A program made the position numbers and the translations under genes. From Mytilus edulis (taxonomy: Eukaryota): a stretch of 64,000 nt of DNA. The DNA is taken from positions 682,001 through 746,000 of the forward strand of contig NC_092350.1 of the NCBI RefSeq assembly GCF_963676685.1, given 5' to 3'. Shown here one piece after another: positions 13,611 to 27,921 of the stretch (the stretch's first letter is position 1; each line of letters opens with the position of its first letter). A model generated the notes under the pieces. It worked only from the letters and a program-made list of their open reading frames with translations, was not told where the DNA came from and searched no databases.

Positions 13611-14519
13611 ATGTTAAATACGTTTTTCTCACTGTATTTTGTGATATTTCTAACATGGACATTTCGATAATTGTTCATTGTTTTGTAAGTAAAAAAATAT
13701 GCAAAGACAAAAAAAGGGACATCTGTACGTATATTTTCAACTCCATCTATTATCTATGTTATAACCAAGGCAGAAAAAATACTACATGTAGATACTGAAG
13801 TGGTGCTTTTTAAATGAGCCTTTATTTATAGGTAAAGCATTGCAACGCTTAGCGCTATTTGTTTGGTTGATATTTTCACATGATAATGCTTGTTTTTTTT
13901 CCACCACAAACAATATCCGTAACAAAATTTTCAATAACTATCAAACAGACAGTGCAGACAAGCAAATATACAAATTAAGCAATTCAACAGCAAAGCAAAG
14001 CATTAAGGTTAATGTTCGATCTTCTACTAGTATAATGGATCTTAAAAACCCAATTAACGTAGATGACCTAGTATGTGATTAGGGACTTTTCGATTTGATT
14101 TTCCTCTGAGTTCAGTATTTTTGTGATTTTATTTTTCACAAGTAGTGAACATGCAGATATTGAAAAGCTTCATGATGCTCATAATGACGCATTTAACAGT
14201 TTAAATTACCTCATTTTATTTCAGAATATAGAGGTTGAAAATCAGTTTTCAAAACTTGCTATTTACATCACAATCTAATAACTTCGTTATTTTCCAGAAA
14301 TTTTAAATTACCCATCAGTTGTATTTATAAAAATGACTATATACACTTAACGTACTTCCCATAACGAACGTATACTTAACTAACACGCGTGGATACATCT
14401 CAATGAGTTACATTTGTTTTACGACAAATCACTAACTTGTTATGTAAATGTTTAAACCTAAAGTGATTTTTATAAGCAACCTTTTTATAAAGTCTTTAAT
14501 TATTTTATATAATACCACG

Positions 14520-14791
14520 GAGGGGCCTCAGTGGCCCAGCGGTATAAAACAAAAGTATTCGTACTACTGTACAATTTACCAGTCAACACTGAAGTTTTAA
14601 GTTTGTTTCCAGCACTTTTTAAAATGTAAGAGTGTTTGATTGCAAATTCTGATTGACTAGGCTTATCAGTTTTCTTACAGAATATCGGTGGGGCTGTCTG
14701 GGCACGCCGGCATCTTCCACCACTAAAGTCTTACAGCCACGAAATAAAACCAATAGTGCTGAAAGTAGCGTCAACCACCAACCAATCAATC
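14520..14791 (+). mobile_element. tRNA-derived SINE (degenerate); a 3' fragment of a related family lies at about 2405-2527 (-)
   Basis: A-box-like CAGTGGCCCAGCGG, central GGCACGCCGGCATCTTCCACCA motif and an AATC-repeat tail. Confidence 0.55.
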
Positions 14792-15189
14792 ATTTAATTG
14801 GACCTATTTCAAGATTTTTTTCATTTCTAAATAGCAAATAGAAAAATGGATTCTCTCTAAAGTTTTTAACATTAAAGAACATCAATAACAGTTTCCTTCA
14901 TAACATCATTTATATATTTGGTGCTACTGTTTTGTCCTAAGTAGAGTTGTTTTGATTTTGTACATTGATTGGAAGTGAACTGTGGATTTTAGAGGACACC
15001 AACAAAAAAGTAAACAATAAATATACATGAAATACTCGCCACTGAACTGAAAGCAAACACATTAAAGTCAACCAATCTCATAAGCTGTTGATAACTCTAT
15101 CCCACAATTATGGTAATTCATCACGGCTAGATTCATTGACGGAATCTACCTATTTCACTCAACGTTTAGGGGCAGCAGTTCTCTTAACA

Positions 15190-15647
15190 ACAGTTACTAT
15201 CTGAAATGCCGTTAACACTTGCAAGAGTTCCAAATGGTGAAGTTGAAATCATCCCTTCGTAAATTTTACGGACGCCATCACGAGTTGGTTGACCGTTATG
15301 GAATAACCATTTCACAAATGATATCGGATATGTTCCTCACGTCGTAACTACAATCCCCTTCCCTTTCATGAATTTGACCTACCGAATTAGACTATTTACC
15401 GGATTTGTAATCACATAAGCAACACGACGGGTGCCGCATGTGGAGCAGGATCTGCTTACCCTTCCGGAGCACCTGAGATCACCCCTAGTTTTTGGTGGGG
15501 TTCGTGTTGTTTATTCTTTGGTTTTCTATGTTGCGTCATGTGTGCTATTGTTTTTCTGTTTGTCTTTTTCATTTTTAGCCATGGCGTTGTCAGTTTGTTT
15601 TAGATTTATGAGTTTGACTGTCCCTTTGGTGTCTTTCGTCCCTCTTT
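15190..15647 (+). mobile_element. Penelope-like element 3' fragment
   Basis: Encodes QEFQMVKLKSSLRKFYGRHHELVDRYG followed by a UTR. Related copies are at about 24915-25195 (+), 51345-52520 (-) and 63040-63240. Confidence 0.7.
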
Positions 15648-16083
15648 TGCATACTAACTTCGAATGCCATTCTGAAAGCAACATTAATTCATAACTTCTC
15701 CTTCTGGGTATAACTTAGTCATACTCTCTCTTAATATCTCAACAACAGTTGTAAACTTTACTGGAAACAATATGTATATTACATGAAAAACAGGAATTGA
15801 CAAATAAAAAACAAAACAAAAAACCCCCAAAAAACTACATCATTAGTTTATCAATTACTTCATATGAGTACAAACAAGTCAACTGAGTTTTACAATAAGC
15901 ACCCATTGGAATAAGCAACTGTTAACTGAAATACCAGTCCATTACATTAAAAACAAAATTAATATTGATGCTGCACTCCGACAGTTTTATTCTTTTTGCC
16001 TCAGCTGTGTATATGTTCTGTATTGTTTAAAAAAGCAGTAATTTTCTTAAAGAATAACTTAAACTGTAGGTAGCATGTTTGTT

Positions 16084-19000
16084 TCACTCCTCTTTATGAT
16101 CATTGGACTCGGGAATGAGTATGTCCGCGAGACTGCGTAATTCCTCATACGTATAAGATTTGTTTGCTCTATTGTACTTCTTTTTAAATAATTCAAATCG
16201 CTTCATATGGCAGTATAGTTTTTCCATTACAGCTGGGTAAATCTTTTCTGCATCTTCTTGTCGAGCCTGAAAGTTAGTAAACCCAATAAAGAAAAAGTAT
16301 AAAAAGTCTAAACGGTTAGTTAAATATAAACGTAAAGTATGATGGTAAACATCAATCAGTTTCAAAATAAGCTCTTCAATGACTGTGTTGTCTTGAAGTT
16401 CCATACCTAAGTTGTATACGCATGATCCATACTCTTGCGTCTGTACTTGGTAATTTACTCCTTCTTCTAAATCTCCATCGAACAATAAGTGTGCCCTAAA
16501 CTTTTCTTCTATCATTGACATTAATGGAGCATTATCATTATCATTTTCGTACAGAAGAGCGTTTATTACTTTCCAAAGAGCAATGATAGTCTTAATGCTT
16601 CCAAACGGTTTCAAATTATCACGCAAGAATTGTATGACAGGGATACCGATGTCAGTTCGCATGCCTTTTCCAGTCATGCCGTCAATAATATACCGAATTT
16701 TATAGTCGTTTTCTATATTGTTATATCTTTTTATAACGCTGTCAAGGAATCTTTCCACAAATTCATAGTTTCCCTCTTCAACCCCAACTCTATATAAAAA
16801 ATTGCCGATTTCCTGTATAGTTTAATAAATTTCTTTTTCGTCGATGATTAAAAAAAGTTTGTCTTGGAGTAATTGATCGTCTAGCTGGTAAAACTTGTCA
16901 GTTTTTTTGGAAGAACTCTGCGGTATAAAAACTAGACATAGGATCTTGGCATCAGCATATTTAAAAACATAATCACGAATAATGTCGGAGTCGACTATTA
17001 AATTCACCAAACAGGTGCCCCTTCTTGTCAGTCCATTAAGGAACTTCATTATTTGTTCTGGTGTTGGTGAAAGTATGGAAAGTCTTTCAAGAAATTCATG
17101 AACAAATGAAACATACCTTTCAATAATGCATTTTCGAATATATTCCCCTATCATTTCTGGATTGCGACATACAAATGAATGTGTGACGATACAAACTATC
17201 ATTTTCGCATCATCATTTTTGTTTTCTGCGTCACTTTTATTGTCTGTCTGTAAACCGAGTGCGCTATTTACACAAAAAGTGTTTTTAGTTTCGTCTTTTT
17301 CATCAAATTTCCTTTCATCTTGGTTGTTTTCCTCGTCATGCTGATCATTCATTGGTGGAGGAAGCCACAGAGGAACTGTTTTGACATCTTCATCTTTTAC
17401 ATTTTTATATGATATATCGTTCTCTAGGAACAAACACAGTTTATCAATGAGTAACTTTGGGTCGACATGAATGACGGGTGATTTCGGTTCAGATAGTGTC
17501 AAGCTTGGTCTAATATATTGTAGAAAAAAGATAATATTGCAGTTGGCCTGATTCAGTAAAATTTCAGGACATTCGTTACCAAATGAGATGAGAACAGCAT
17601 CATAAATAGCCGGGTGTTTAAACATGTAAGCATTTATTGCTTGATAAGGGCAGTGATCGCGGTAAAATTCATTAAATCTTGAACATTTCATCAGGTATTC
17701 TCCTTCAAGCTGACGTATAGCTTGTTGGACTAATTTATTTTTAAATTTTGTTTCCTTTCCATCAAATATATTAAATATAGTTTGAAGTAATTTATCATTT
17801 TCTTTATGAAAACCGATTCTATTGTAATCCAATAGATTTTGTTCCAAAGCAGTGTATACCAATACACAGTATTGATATCTAGATGATAACCTATCGAAGC
17901 TTTCTTCGAAAAGATCGTCGACCTTATTAACTAATGATTGACTTGTGTCACGAAAATATGCAGCACCTAGAAATGTTAATGATTCATCCTGGCAAAACAA
18001 ACGACAAGCTTCCGGAAATCCAATATATGTGTCAAATGAACAGCACATGCTTATTGTTTCTGTACATATTCGAATTTCACTACATGACAACCGCTTAACA
18101 TCATCAGTACATTCAGATGAACAGAAAGGCAAGCCATCGTAGTCAAGCCATAGATCTAACCTTGTTTGACCTGTACATTGGGTTATTGACTTATGCCTCA
18201 AATGACTAGAAAGAATTGTGTAACGTTCTTTATATGACAGTTTGAAATCATTATCCAAATTGAGAATGCGTTTTCGATGAAATATGTCATGTTTTGCTAA
18301 AATATTTTCCTCGCATGTTGGGTCGTTTCTGATTGTAAACACAATTTTCAAAAGCGAAGACATCTTTACAAAACTTGACAACATATCCAGAATATTTCTA
18401 TGATCATCTTCGGAAAAGTCAACATTTATCCTACTAAACAGATCTTCGACAAGTACAATATTTTTGTCGGTTAATGAAATTATATCTCTGTACTTGATAA
18501 CATCTTTGTCTGAGAAGAAAAGTGGAATATATCCTTCGTCTTGGTAAACAGATGCTAAATAAAGAGCTATCTGTGTCTTTCCAGACCCTGCTTTAGCTAG
18601 CAGAATCAAGAGGTTTTCTTCTTTCAAAATCTGTTTCCCTTTATCAAGTGCCATTGTGTGAACAAATGTTTCATCGTCTCGGTGACTTTGGATTCTCGCG
18701 ATGCTGTGATCTATATAAAAAAATACATTTCTTTTAACGATTGCAAACAGATTTTATTTAATATTTTTGTATTTTTATGATCTCTTACTTCCAAATTACA
18801 GTATACTATACACTTCCAGAACACCTGAGACCATCCCCAGGTTTTGGTGTGGTTCGTTTTGCTCATTCTGTAGTTTTCTAGTTTGTTTTGTGCACTTTTG
18901 TTTGCCCATTGGTCAGTATATGTTTTGTCTATGACGTTGTCTGATTGTTTTCGACATGTGGGTTTGCATATTACTGTGGTATCGTTTGACCCTCTTTTAG

Positions 19001-22000
19001 ATAAGAGAAGCTTTAGACCGTATATCGATGTAGGCAAATGTGGTTTGAGTGCCAACTAGACAACTCTCCATCTAAGTAACAATTTATAAAAGTAAACCAA
19101 TATAGGCCAAGGTACAGCCTTCAACACGGAGCATTGGCTAACACCTAGCAGTTTAATTTATGTTTATCCCGATGCAGTTTCCTGCACGTGTCACTAGTCA
19201 GGAACATCGTCCAAAAATAAATTTTATAATATAAAAGTATTATATCCATTGTATATATTCATTACTTTACATTTTGAACTAAACAGTTTTTACTCTTTTT
19301 GTTTGTACATAAATATATACAACTGTAGTATATATCTCACCTATAAGATTCTGCTTTCTCAAATCTGTAATGCAAAATAAGTTATAAAATACAATTCACC
19401 TTTAATTTACTATACTATTATGATCGCATTTTAAATTAATAACACATAAATACATTTGAAATTTTATGTATATCGATAAATCATCAAATTCAACACAATT
19501 TTCTTTAGACTGAAGACTTATATTTGTGGATTTTTAAAACACGTCAATTCTAAGATTTAAAGAGTAACGGCATTATACAATGTCACGCGTTTCTCAGACT
19601 GTTTATGATGTCTTTTCCATTGGGTGTGTACTATTTGTCCCCCTACAGATCTATTGAGTTTATCCAAGTGTTACTGATTTTTACAATTTTTTTTTTTTTT
19701 TTTGCTGTAAATACCACTTTCCCAGAACAGGGGAGGTGTGAGCACTCACAAACATTTAGCCCGCCACATTCTGTAGCTTGACCCAAGCCATGGTCATGAA
19801 GTGCAGTGGTTGTCGTTAGTCCATGTTTGTCATATTTGTTTGTTTTGTTATAGATTTTTCTGTTCATTTTCTAGTTTGATTTTTTTTCTCACATTTTTCA
19901 TGTCGAGGCTTACAAGTGTACGAATATCAGTCGTTGTTTCTTTTTATTTTCGATAGAATATTGCACTCACCCTGAAATAAATGTCCCATGAGTTTTGCAT
20001 GATTCTTCTGCTGGACTTCCTTCTCTTTTTCTATTGTCCTTATTACTGCTTTGTTTTGCTCATGAACTTCGTTGAGTTTTACCTCATTACTATGTATTCT
20101 TTCATATAAAATATCACCACTTTTAGCAAAATTCAACTTCATGCCTTCCATTTGTTCTATAGTTGTTTTACTGTGAGACGTAATACTGGTGGTGATTGTA
20201 TTTTCCAATTCAGAAATGTGCTGAAAAAAATTAAATACAACACGTTTAATAACTTCTTGCGTCCGAAGCGCTTGTCGGCGTTCCATATTCATGGCATCAA
20301 TTGACAATTGAATAGAGATAACAATATTGATTTTTAAGCTCCGACGGCATCGATTGGTGATTTGATGGCCGCAAATACCGCTAAGGCGTCGCAAGTAAAC
20401 TTAATTTGCAACCATAAAATCACCAATTGATGCCGTCAGAGTTTATAATACAATACAGTTGTCTCTTAGTTTACAAATATAAGTAATAATTGGAATTGAC
20501 TTGAATTGTCCATTGATTAAAACTGTATCTATGTTGTGTTCAAACGTCATTTGGTTTTCGTGTCTTTTCGGAAAGTTTTTTAAATTTTGGGTATTCAACG
20601 CGCGTCTGGCGTATTAAATGATAATCCTGGTACCTTTTATAACTATTCCTGATTCATGCATGTCTTATTGTTTTAATATTTAATTAATTAAAAAAGTACA
20701 GGATTAAACTAAAATGCCTTATTTTCTATTTGCTTGAATATTCAGCTCGCCATTCTGATGTCTTCATTTTGTTGAATAGCATGCAGCATACAAATCTGGT
20801 ACTGGTAACTTATTTGTTGTTGCCCCATGGAAATCGAATGGATTTGTTTCTATTCCTTTTTTGTAAATTTGCGTTTGTTTTGTTTGCATTTTAATGAACT
20901 ATTGTTTGATATACTGTGCTACTTTTAATCTGAATACAAGTGCATTCATCTTTAATTTCACTTCTGAAAAAAAAACCTCGAAAAATACCGTTTTAATGTC
21001 CTCGTTCCGCTGAAAATCATATAATAAACAATTTTGATATTGTTGACATATTGTTTCATCCAATGGCCGCACCTCAGCATCTTTGAGTTTCTGTTTAATT
21101 TCACTTTCTTTATTGCACGATTTTGCAATTGTAAGAATTACTGTTTCAATTTGATTTTTATATAGTGTATAGTCAGTGTCTGAATATCTGGCTTCTTGTG
21201 CATGTCCATACAATGTATTCCGATATCCGATAAGATTATCAACTGCAAGTCGAATGTTGCTATTAGGAGGACAGATCGAGGCAAAATTAATCAGCAGACA
21301 ACGTAGAATTGTTAAATCCAGATGTTTTGTTGTAAGTGTGGATTTTGCTGGACAACAACAACATTGTGATGAGCTTTTTATATTATGACAAGGTAGTTGT
21401 TGACCGGTTTTGTCCAGCAGTATATTTAATTGCTTCAGATGCAAAACTCGACTTGCAGGAGTTGTAAGTGGTAATTTTCTGTTCACACACTGGCAACATG
21501 CATATCTGTTAAAGCATAAATGGTATATTTCATGCTGGTTCAAGTTGATAAAATCCTCTAGTGTTTGATTGTTCAGTTCCTTATCTAACAATAAAGTCAA
21601 CGACTCTTTCCCATGATCAACGATAATTGTTGAAATCCTGTAGAAGTTTTCTCTCTCCTTCTGTGTGCTTAACCTAAAACAATAAAAAAAAAAATGCACA
21701 AAAGAAGAGCAAATTAACTGTTATTTAAAAACAGAACTGTTTTTCAGAATAACAGTTTGAACAAGGTTAGGTTCAAATGCGGGTGATGCATGTACAGAAA
21801 GAAAGGATTACTCTACGAGTTCATGAGATTCCCTCATTTTATTTTGTTACATTGGCTTGTATAGTAAGTAAGTAAGTTAATTATTTATTATAGTGACATG
21901 TGTAAATCAACATATAAATTTGTACAAAATATAATTACATATATCATAGATCAACTATGTCTGAGGGAGTCCAAAGCTTAGTATTGTTTTTTTTAATTGA

Positions 22001-24120
22001 AAAAATATACGAGCAATTTAAAATGTGTATTCAACTGTTACATTCATGTTACATTCATGTTATATATATATGGAGTATGCATTAAAATCGTTTTCTCATT
22101 AACGGAGGCCACAAGTGTAGCAGGGTGTCCCCTTTTTCTCCAGAGCACATGGGAGGATCCCCGTTTTTGTAAGGGCTTGTGTTGCTCATTCGTCAGTCTT
22201 CTAAGCTAGGTTTGTATATTGTTCTTGACATTTTATCATTAGTTTGAATGTCTCTTTGGTATATATCGACTCTCTTTTGATATTTGCATTAATCAATACA
22301 AAGGACGACAGGAGTTGTATTCTTGTAGTGCATAAAAGAAATTATGGAAAGTGGTCAACAGTCATTTATTTCATAAAGCCCCGGTCACAACAGATCGTAC
22401 AATTTTTTGTCGTGGAAGATCTATAAAATAGCTGTCGTGCAAAATGTAAATTATTTTATTTCGAGTGGTCACACCAGCTACGACATGTCCACGATGGTTC
22501 TACGATGGGTGCAAGACAGAACAAAAAAAAATGTAATTGTACTGTCGTGTGTGTGTCGCAAGTCGGTCGTGTGACAGTCGTACGATAGTCGTACGACAAT
22601 CGTGTGTTGTTTTGGGCTATTTTTCAGGTTTTAATGTCATGGGATGCGCGTATTAATGTCGTATCACTATTATGCCAATGTCGTACGACTGTCGTGCTAC
22701 TGTGATGCGACTCTCAACAGAAGCTCTTGAAATATGCAAGGCTATATCCGCATGAATCAAACGAAATCACATGCAGATTCCCGCTCAAACTCGTACATCA
22801 GTGTACTATACTGCCCAAATATCAGGCGACATTCGATTCATGGCCTAACCCACCAACGTCGGGTGTTTCGCTGGTTCATATACTGTTCACGGGCTCGAAT
22901 CAACTCTGACAGGACCATATTTTCCTCTTGTTGTAGATGATTGTTTGATTAAAATGCATTATAATGATACCCACGACAATGTGTATATCGCAAGACAGTC
23001 ACACGACGACTGTAAGACACCTTTGAGACAGCCACAAGACAGTGACACGATAATAATCGTTGAGCAAAAAAAGGTGCATGTCCAATGTTTGTTCCACGAC
23101 ACACGACAGCGCCACGATGATCAAAATATCGTACGACTGTCGTGTGATTGTCTTACGACGACCACATATGACCCGCGATTTGTCAAAATTTCATGTCGTG
23201 GCGGTGTATAGATGTGCCGTAGGTTTGTTGTGACCAGGGCTAAATACTCAAGTGATATTATTGTTCAATTATTAAAAAGGACAAACGTGTAATTGTTTAA
23301 TAAGATCATTTTTTTGGTATTTTTACGAAGGACACTCAATCGTTATGAGTAACGACACGTACACCATTAAGAATACATTGATATTAATAATTTTCAATTT
23401 ACCGATTAGGGATTTATGTTTATGGAGATATCATTGAAGAAAATACATGGCCATTTGAGTTTCAAAGATCCATTGAAAGTCAATAAAAAACCTCACATTA
23501 AGTTACTTTTATAAAGGAATGTGTTATAAATCTTCCTGTTTTGTTTTGTAGATAGAAAAAGAATCCCATGACCCTAATTTTTATATTTAACTTCATTTGC
23601 AGTAAGTTCTTTAAGAGAGCTATATTTGAATAACCTGTAGCTTAGGAAGAAATCTTGTGATTTTAGTTTTTATACATACACGACATTGCATTCATTTTGA
23701 AATAGACCTCCACAACCCAACCACCCTAACCTCCATCTGTCGTAATATAAAACAGGATGCAAAACATTGACAGTAAACAAGAAAAAATGAGTAGTAATCA
23801 TTCTGTGTACAGGTAAAAAGAATCGGGACTACTCAATGAATGTAGATGTCTGTTAGTTATGTCATCTGATACACTCCTTTGACAGAAAGCCTACATTACA
23901 CCGTTGATCATACAAAGCCTTTTTATTTGTAAAATATCAACGGTTAACTAAAACGAAAGTACTTTTAAAATATTGCAACAATTTAAACGTTAAAATTGAG
24001 AAAGGAAATGGGGAATGTGTCAAAGCGACAATAACCCGACCATAGAGTAGACAATAGCCGAAGGCCACCAATGGGTCTTCAATGGGTTCCATATATTAAA
24101 TCAATCACTTATACTTACAT
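16084..24120 (-). pseudogene. HEPN(DZIP3-like)-coiled coil-nSTAND3 NTPase paralogue A, with premature stop (pseudogene or truncated allele)
   Basis: Exons: 24120-24119 (AT), 21673-20989 (HEPN, RNTLYGH at 21222-21202), about 20220-19971 (shortened coiled coil), 19364-19341 (24-nt micro-exon) and 18710-16084 (Walker A AKAGSGKT, Walker B VEDLFS). An in-frame TAA at 16824-16822 sits where the paralogues have AAA (Lys), and the frame continues to 16084. Confidence 0.8.
22377..23241 (-). mobile_element. PIF/Harbinger deletion derivative in intron 1 of paralogue A
   Basis: TIR AGCCCYGGTCACAACA with many subterminal GTCGT/ACGAC repeats. An internal relic at about 22700-22938 (-) reads RRWWVRP*IECRLIFGQYSTLMYEFERE...FMRI*PCIFQELLLRV, like a Harbinger transposase N-terminus. 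Confidence 0.8.
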
Positions 24121-24265
24121 TCTGATTTAGAAGTTATCCATGCGTATTCGACTTCAATTCTGTTTATAAGATTTAAATTATCATTGTCGTCAATGTAAAC
24201 ATTACTTCGCCAAAGACAACAGGAAGTGACGGAGTATATTATAAATAGTTAAACTATTCATAGAA
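24119..24265 (-). promoter_or_regulatory. Promoter/first exon of paralogue A with ETS/CRE-like composite motif
   Basis: CAGGAAGTGACG at 24220-24231 (+ strand). The region is homologous to 40344-40480 and ends in AT|GTAAGT. Confidence 0.6.
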
Positions 24266-24422
24266 ATTATTGGAATACAATAAGACACATATTAAACGTT
24301 GATGATAATTGTGTAGTGTTTGTATTATTTTTTTTCAAAGTGTAGCATGAGTGAGATAACTACATCATGCCTACCCTCAGCACATCTTTCCGCTTCTAAA
24401 ATACCGAATAAAAAGGGGTTTC

Positions 24423-24722
24423 CTGTATGCTTGCACTGCTTGAATGTTACACAATCTCTGTGATATTGTATCAACTAAGAGAGACATATACTGTATGCAT
24501 GCACTGCTTGAATGTTACACAATCTCTGTGATATTGTATCAACTAAGAGAGACATATACTGTATGCATGCACTGCTTGAATGTTACACAATCTCTGTGAT
24601 ATTGTATCAACTAAGAGAGACATATACTGTATGCATGCACTGCTTGAATGTTACACAATCTCTGTGATATTGTATCAACTAAGAGAGACATATACTGTAT
24701 GCATGCACTGCTTGAGTGTTAC
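24423..24722. repeat. Minisatellite, about 4.4 x 68 bp, upstream of the paralogue A promoter
   Basis: Near-perfect units start at 24423, 24491, 24559, 24627 and 24695. Confidence 0.95.
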
Positions 24723-27700
24723 TACACAGTTCTCAATTCGAAAATTAGAATAGACTCTTATGTCATAAAGTTTAGTTATGATGTTGCGGAGATCTACAGA
24801 GTTATTGCTTTACTTCCATTTGACAAAACTGCTACTAAATATGATCTCACAATGTGACTAATACATGAATCGTTGAGATCAATTTTTGATCCTACTCACA
24901 AGGAAGCTATTCAACAAAGAGTTCTAAGTATTGAAGTTGAAATCATTCCTAAGTTAATTTCACGGACGCCATCACGAGCGGTTCACAGATGATATCGGAT
25001 GCTTACCGTCACGAAGCACATGAGATTACCCCCAGTTTTTGATGGAATTCGTCTTGCTCTTACTTTATTTTTCTATGTTGTGTCTTCTGTACTATTATTT
25101 GTTTATTTGTCTTTTTCTTTTGAAGCCATGGCGTTGTTAGTTTATTTTCGATCTATGATTTTGAATGTCCCTCTGGTATCTTTCGCCTCTCTTTTTATCA
25201 GTTTTCAATGATAATCCAATGGTTGTGGATAAACGGAACATAACCAAACCGTGTTTGTTCAGATGATGTTTACATCAACACGACTGATGCCACATGTAAA
25301 TCAGAATATGCCTTCTCTCCTGGATCACATGAGATTTCTGATAGGGTTCGAATTCCACATGCTTTAGTTTTCTGTGTTCCGTTTTCTGTAATGTGTTTCA
25401 TCTTTTCTTCGTTTTTCGTGTTTTATTATAGCATTATTAATCTGTTTTCGCCTTAATTAATTATACTGATCAATAATCCCTTATCATTGTACAAATCAGA
25501 TATACAAAAAATAAAATGCTTCGCTGAGCGCACCTGATACGACTGATGAAGTTGAACTATGAACAGTTGAGGCAAATTTGGACACAATATTCAAGTTTGG
25601 TACTGTCTGAATTTGAATTGTGATCAATTTTTTTACACAAATCAAATGTCAAGATCTTACAAATGTATGGCGCAATACTGTGCAATTAAAGATTTTTTCA
25701 TTGACAAACAATTGAACCCCTTAAAAGAAATTGGAACCCCAAACGTTTTGAATCCCCTTTGGAGCAATTACCCAACACTAATTCACAGCCTTCGCTTTGT
25801 CCTATGGACTCTTGTAGTACATTTTAAAGAAATTCATACACTTATACACAAGTTAACTACAAAATGTCCAGAAACTACAAAATGCTTGTTTTGGAAACCC
25901 TTTTTGGCCCTTAATACCAAAACTGTTTTCACCATAACCCCCTAAAATTAATCCAAATCTTCTACTTTTGATAATTGACATTGTGACACAATTTCAGATC
26001 AATTGAAATACATACACACATGTTATTATCCTGAAAGTAGAAAAATGCTTGTTTTGGGCCCCTTATCCCGAAACGGTTGGAACCGTCACCCCAAAAATCA
26101 ATCCCAACATTCCTTTTGTAATATTGAACCTTCTTAACCAATTTCAAAGAGACCCATTCACGTACTGAGGTTATTGTCCGGAAACCAAATGTGTTTTCGG
26201 ATGACGACACTGACGACGACGAAGACAACATCATACCACTATACGATCCCAAAATATTTTTTGCGGTCGTATTAAAAAAAACTATGTGTACGATATTGAA
26301 CGAATGCAATGATTTAGATATATAGCACTCATATGTTTGAAAGCAGAGTATTTGAAAGTATCGACAATTGTATTATTCTGATTGATTCTTTTCTGATTGT
26401 TTGATTTATTTTAAACGTAAGCATAATAATCTTAGGAAAAAAAAATCAAAACATTATAGAATAACGAAATATGCATATATATACAAATTCCAAAATTTGA
26501 CAAATTTTACATGATATAATCATTGCATTACAAGAAAATAAACGGCTGTGTTAATTCTTCTTTTTTTGCTTATATACATAAATTGTTTCCATATTTTAAC
26601 CGGAACAATGACCATAACTGGACATTTCATTGGATGAGTTTTTTTCAAAGCACCTATAAATGTCTATAGTAGAGTAGTAAACATGAAATAATTAAACATG
26701 TAATTGGAAAAATAAAGACATTGGATATAAATTTAAAAAGGGAAGTCCGTAGAACATAAATAATCTTATTTTCAACTAATATCTAACCTTGGTATGCAAA
26801 CATGTGGGTTAAACTTGGTTTTAAAGCTATCTTACCTCCCACTTGTATGATAGTTATATTTAGTTCCATTATCAAAATCATGTGAACAACCCAAATAGGC
26901 ATGATTTATTATTAAACGTACAATAAACTAAATAAACCAACAATCATACAATTACAATAAGGACGCCAACAGAAATGATTTGTGATATATAGTTGATATA
27001 CCTTAGAACAGTAGAATAAAGTAACACATTATGGAATCACACAATAAAGAATAGATTAAGAAAAATATAAATAAAATGATACAAACAATGAAAATAAGAC
27101 CATAATGATTCTATATGTTCTTCGAGACAGACTTCCATCTAGAAAATCCAAGCCCTAACCTTGAATTCTAGGTGTTGAATGCTGACTCACATGACGAGGT
27201 GTTTTGACTTTGCATGTAGATTATTTCTCGAACTCCGGGACTTAGAAGTTTCATTGAAATAATATTGCTTATTGGTCTAATTTTTATTATACTTTTTATT
27301 ACGAACTATAGAGAGGCAAAACCTGTTATTTCAACATTTCTAAATAAAGATAGAAATATGAGTAATATTTAGTTCATGCTGCATGTCGTATTTTTAGGGT
27401 TCTTCATTACTAGTTTGTGTTGGTCTAGACCCTTTTCTGTAAGTGTAAATGTACTTAATAAAAAAAGTTTTAACAAATCTGTTTAATCATCAGTTAACGA
27501 CAAAAACCATTCTTGTTTTTAACGAACAAAATGTAAAATAAAGATTTTTCTTCACCGAGGTCTGAAGTTAAGCCCAGCTCATAATTCTGGTAATAGATAC
27601 TCCAGACACAACTTAACACTATTCGGTCTATTTGTTTATGTGATTTGAAATTTATTTTATCAAATTTGGATTCAATTTGTTTGCGTATTCCGGGGGAGTG

Positions 27701-27921
27701 ACAAAATGAAGAAATCAAAATAGTAACAAGAGGTTAATAGAAAAAGTGAGTACGGTTTCAAATCAGAATTTAGAATATTGACCAAAAGTTTATAGTAGAA
27801 AAGTTCATCTATATATATTAGATATATGGTACTTTAAAAAGAAGAACACAAATGAATTTAAGCCTTTTTTTTCTTGTCTACGAGAGACTATTTTGTTTAA
27901 ATAAAAATATATTCAGAATGC

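Noticed and set aside
15431-15694. Short hydrophobic ORFs (15431, 24999, 25613, 40803, 54717, 61602 and similar) as genes
   Set aside because: They lie within interspersed repeats or low-complexity AT-rich DNA, or antisense to real exons, with no recognisable motifs.
16084-16758. Separate 224-aa gene
   Set aside because: It is the in-frame continuation of the paralogue A last exon after one TAA, and it aligns to the C-termini of B and C.
16822-16824. Programmed readthrough or selenocysteine
   Set aside because: The codon is TAA, not TGA, and the paralogues have Lys. Nothing supports recoding.
20710-20930. Extra coding exon in paralogue A
   Set aside because: There is only a faint resemblance to the coiled-coil exon (QNGELNIQ) and it has several stops. 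At most it is a decayed relic.
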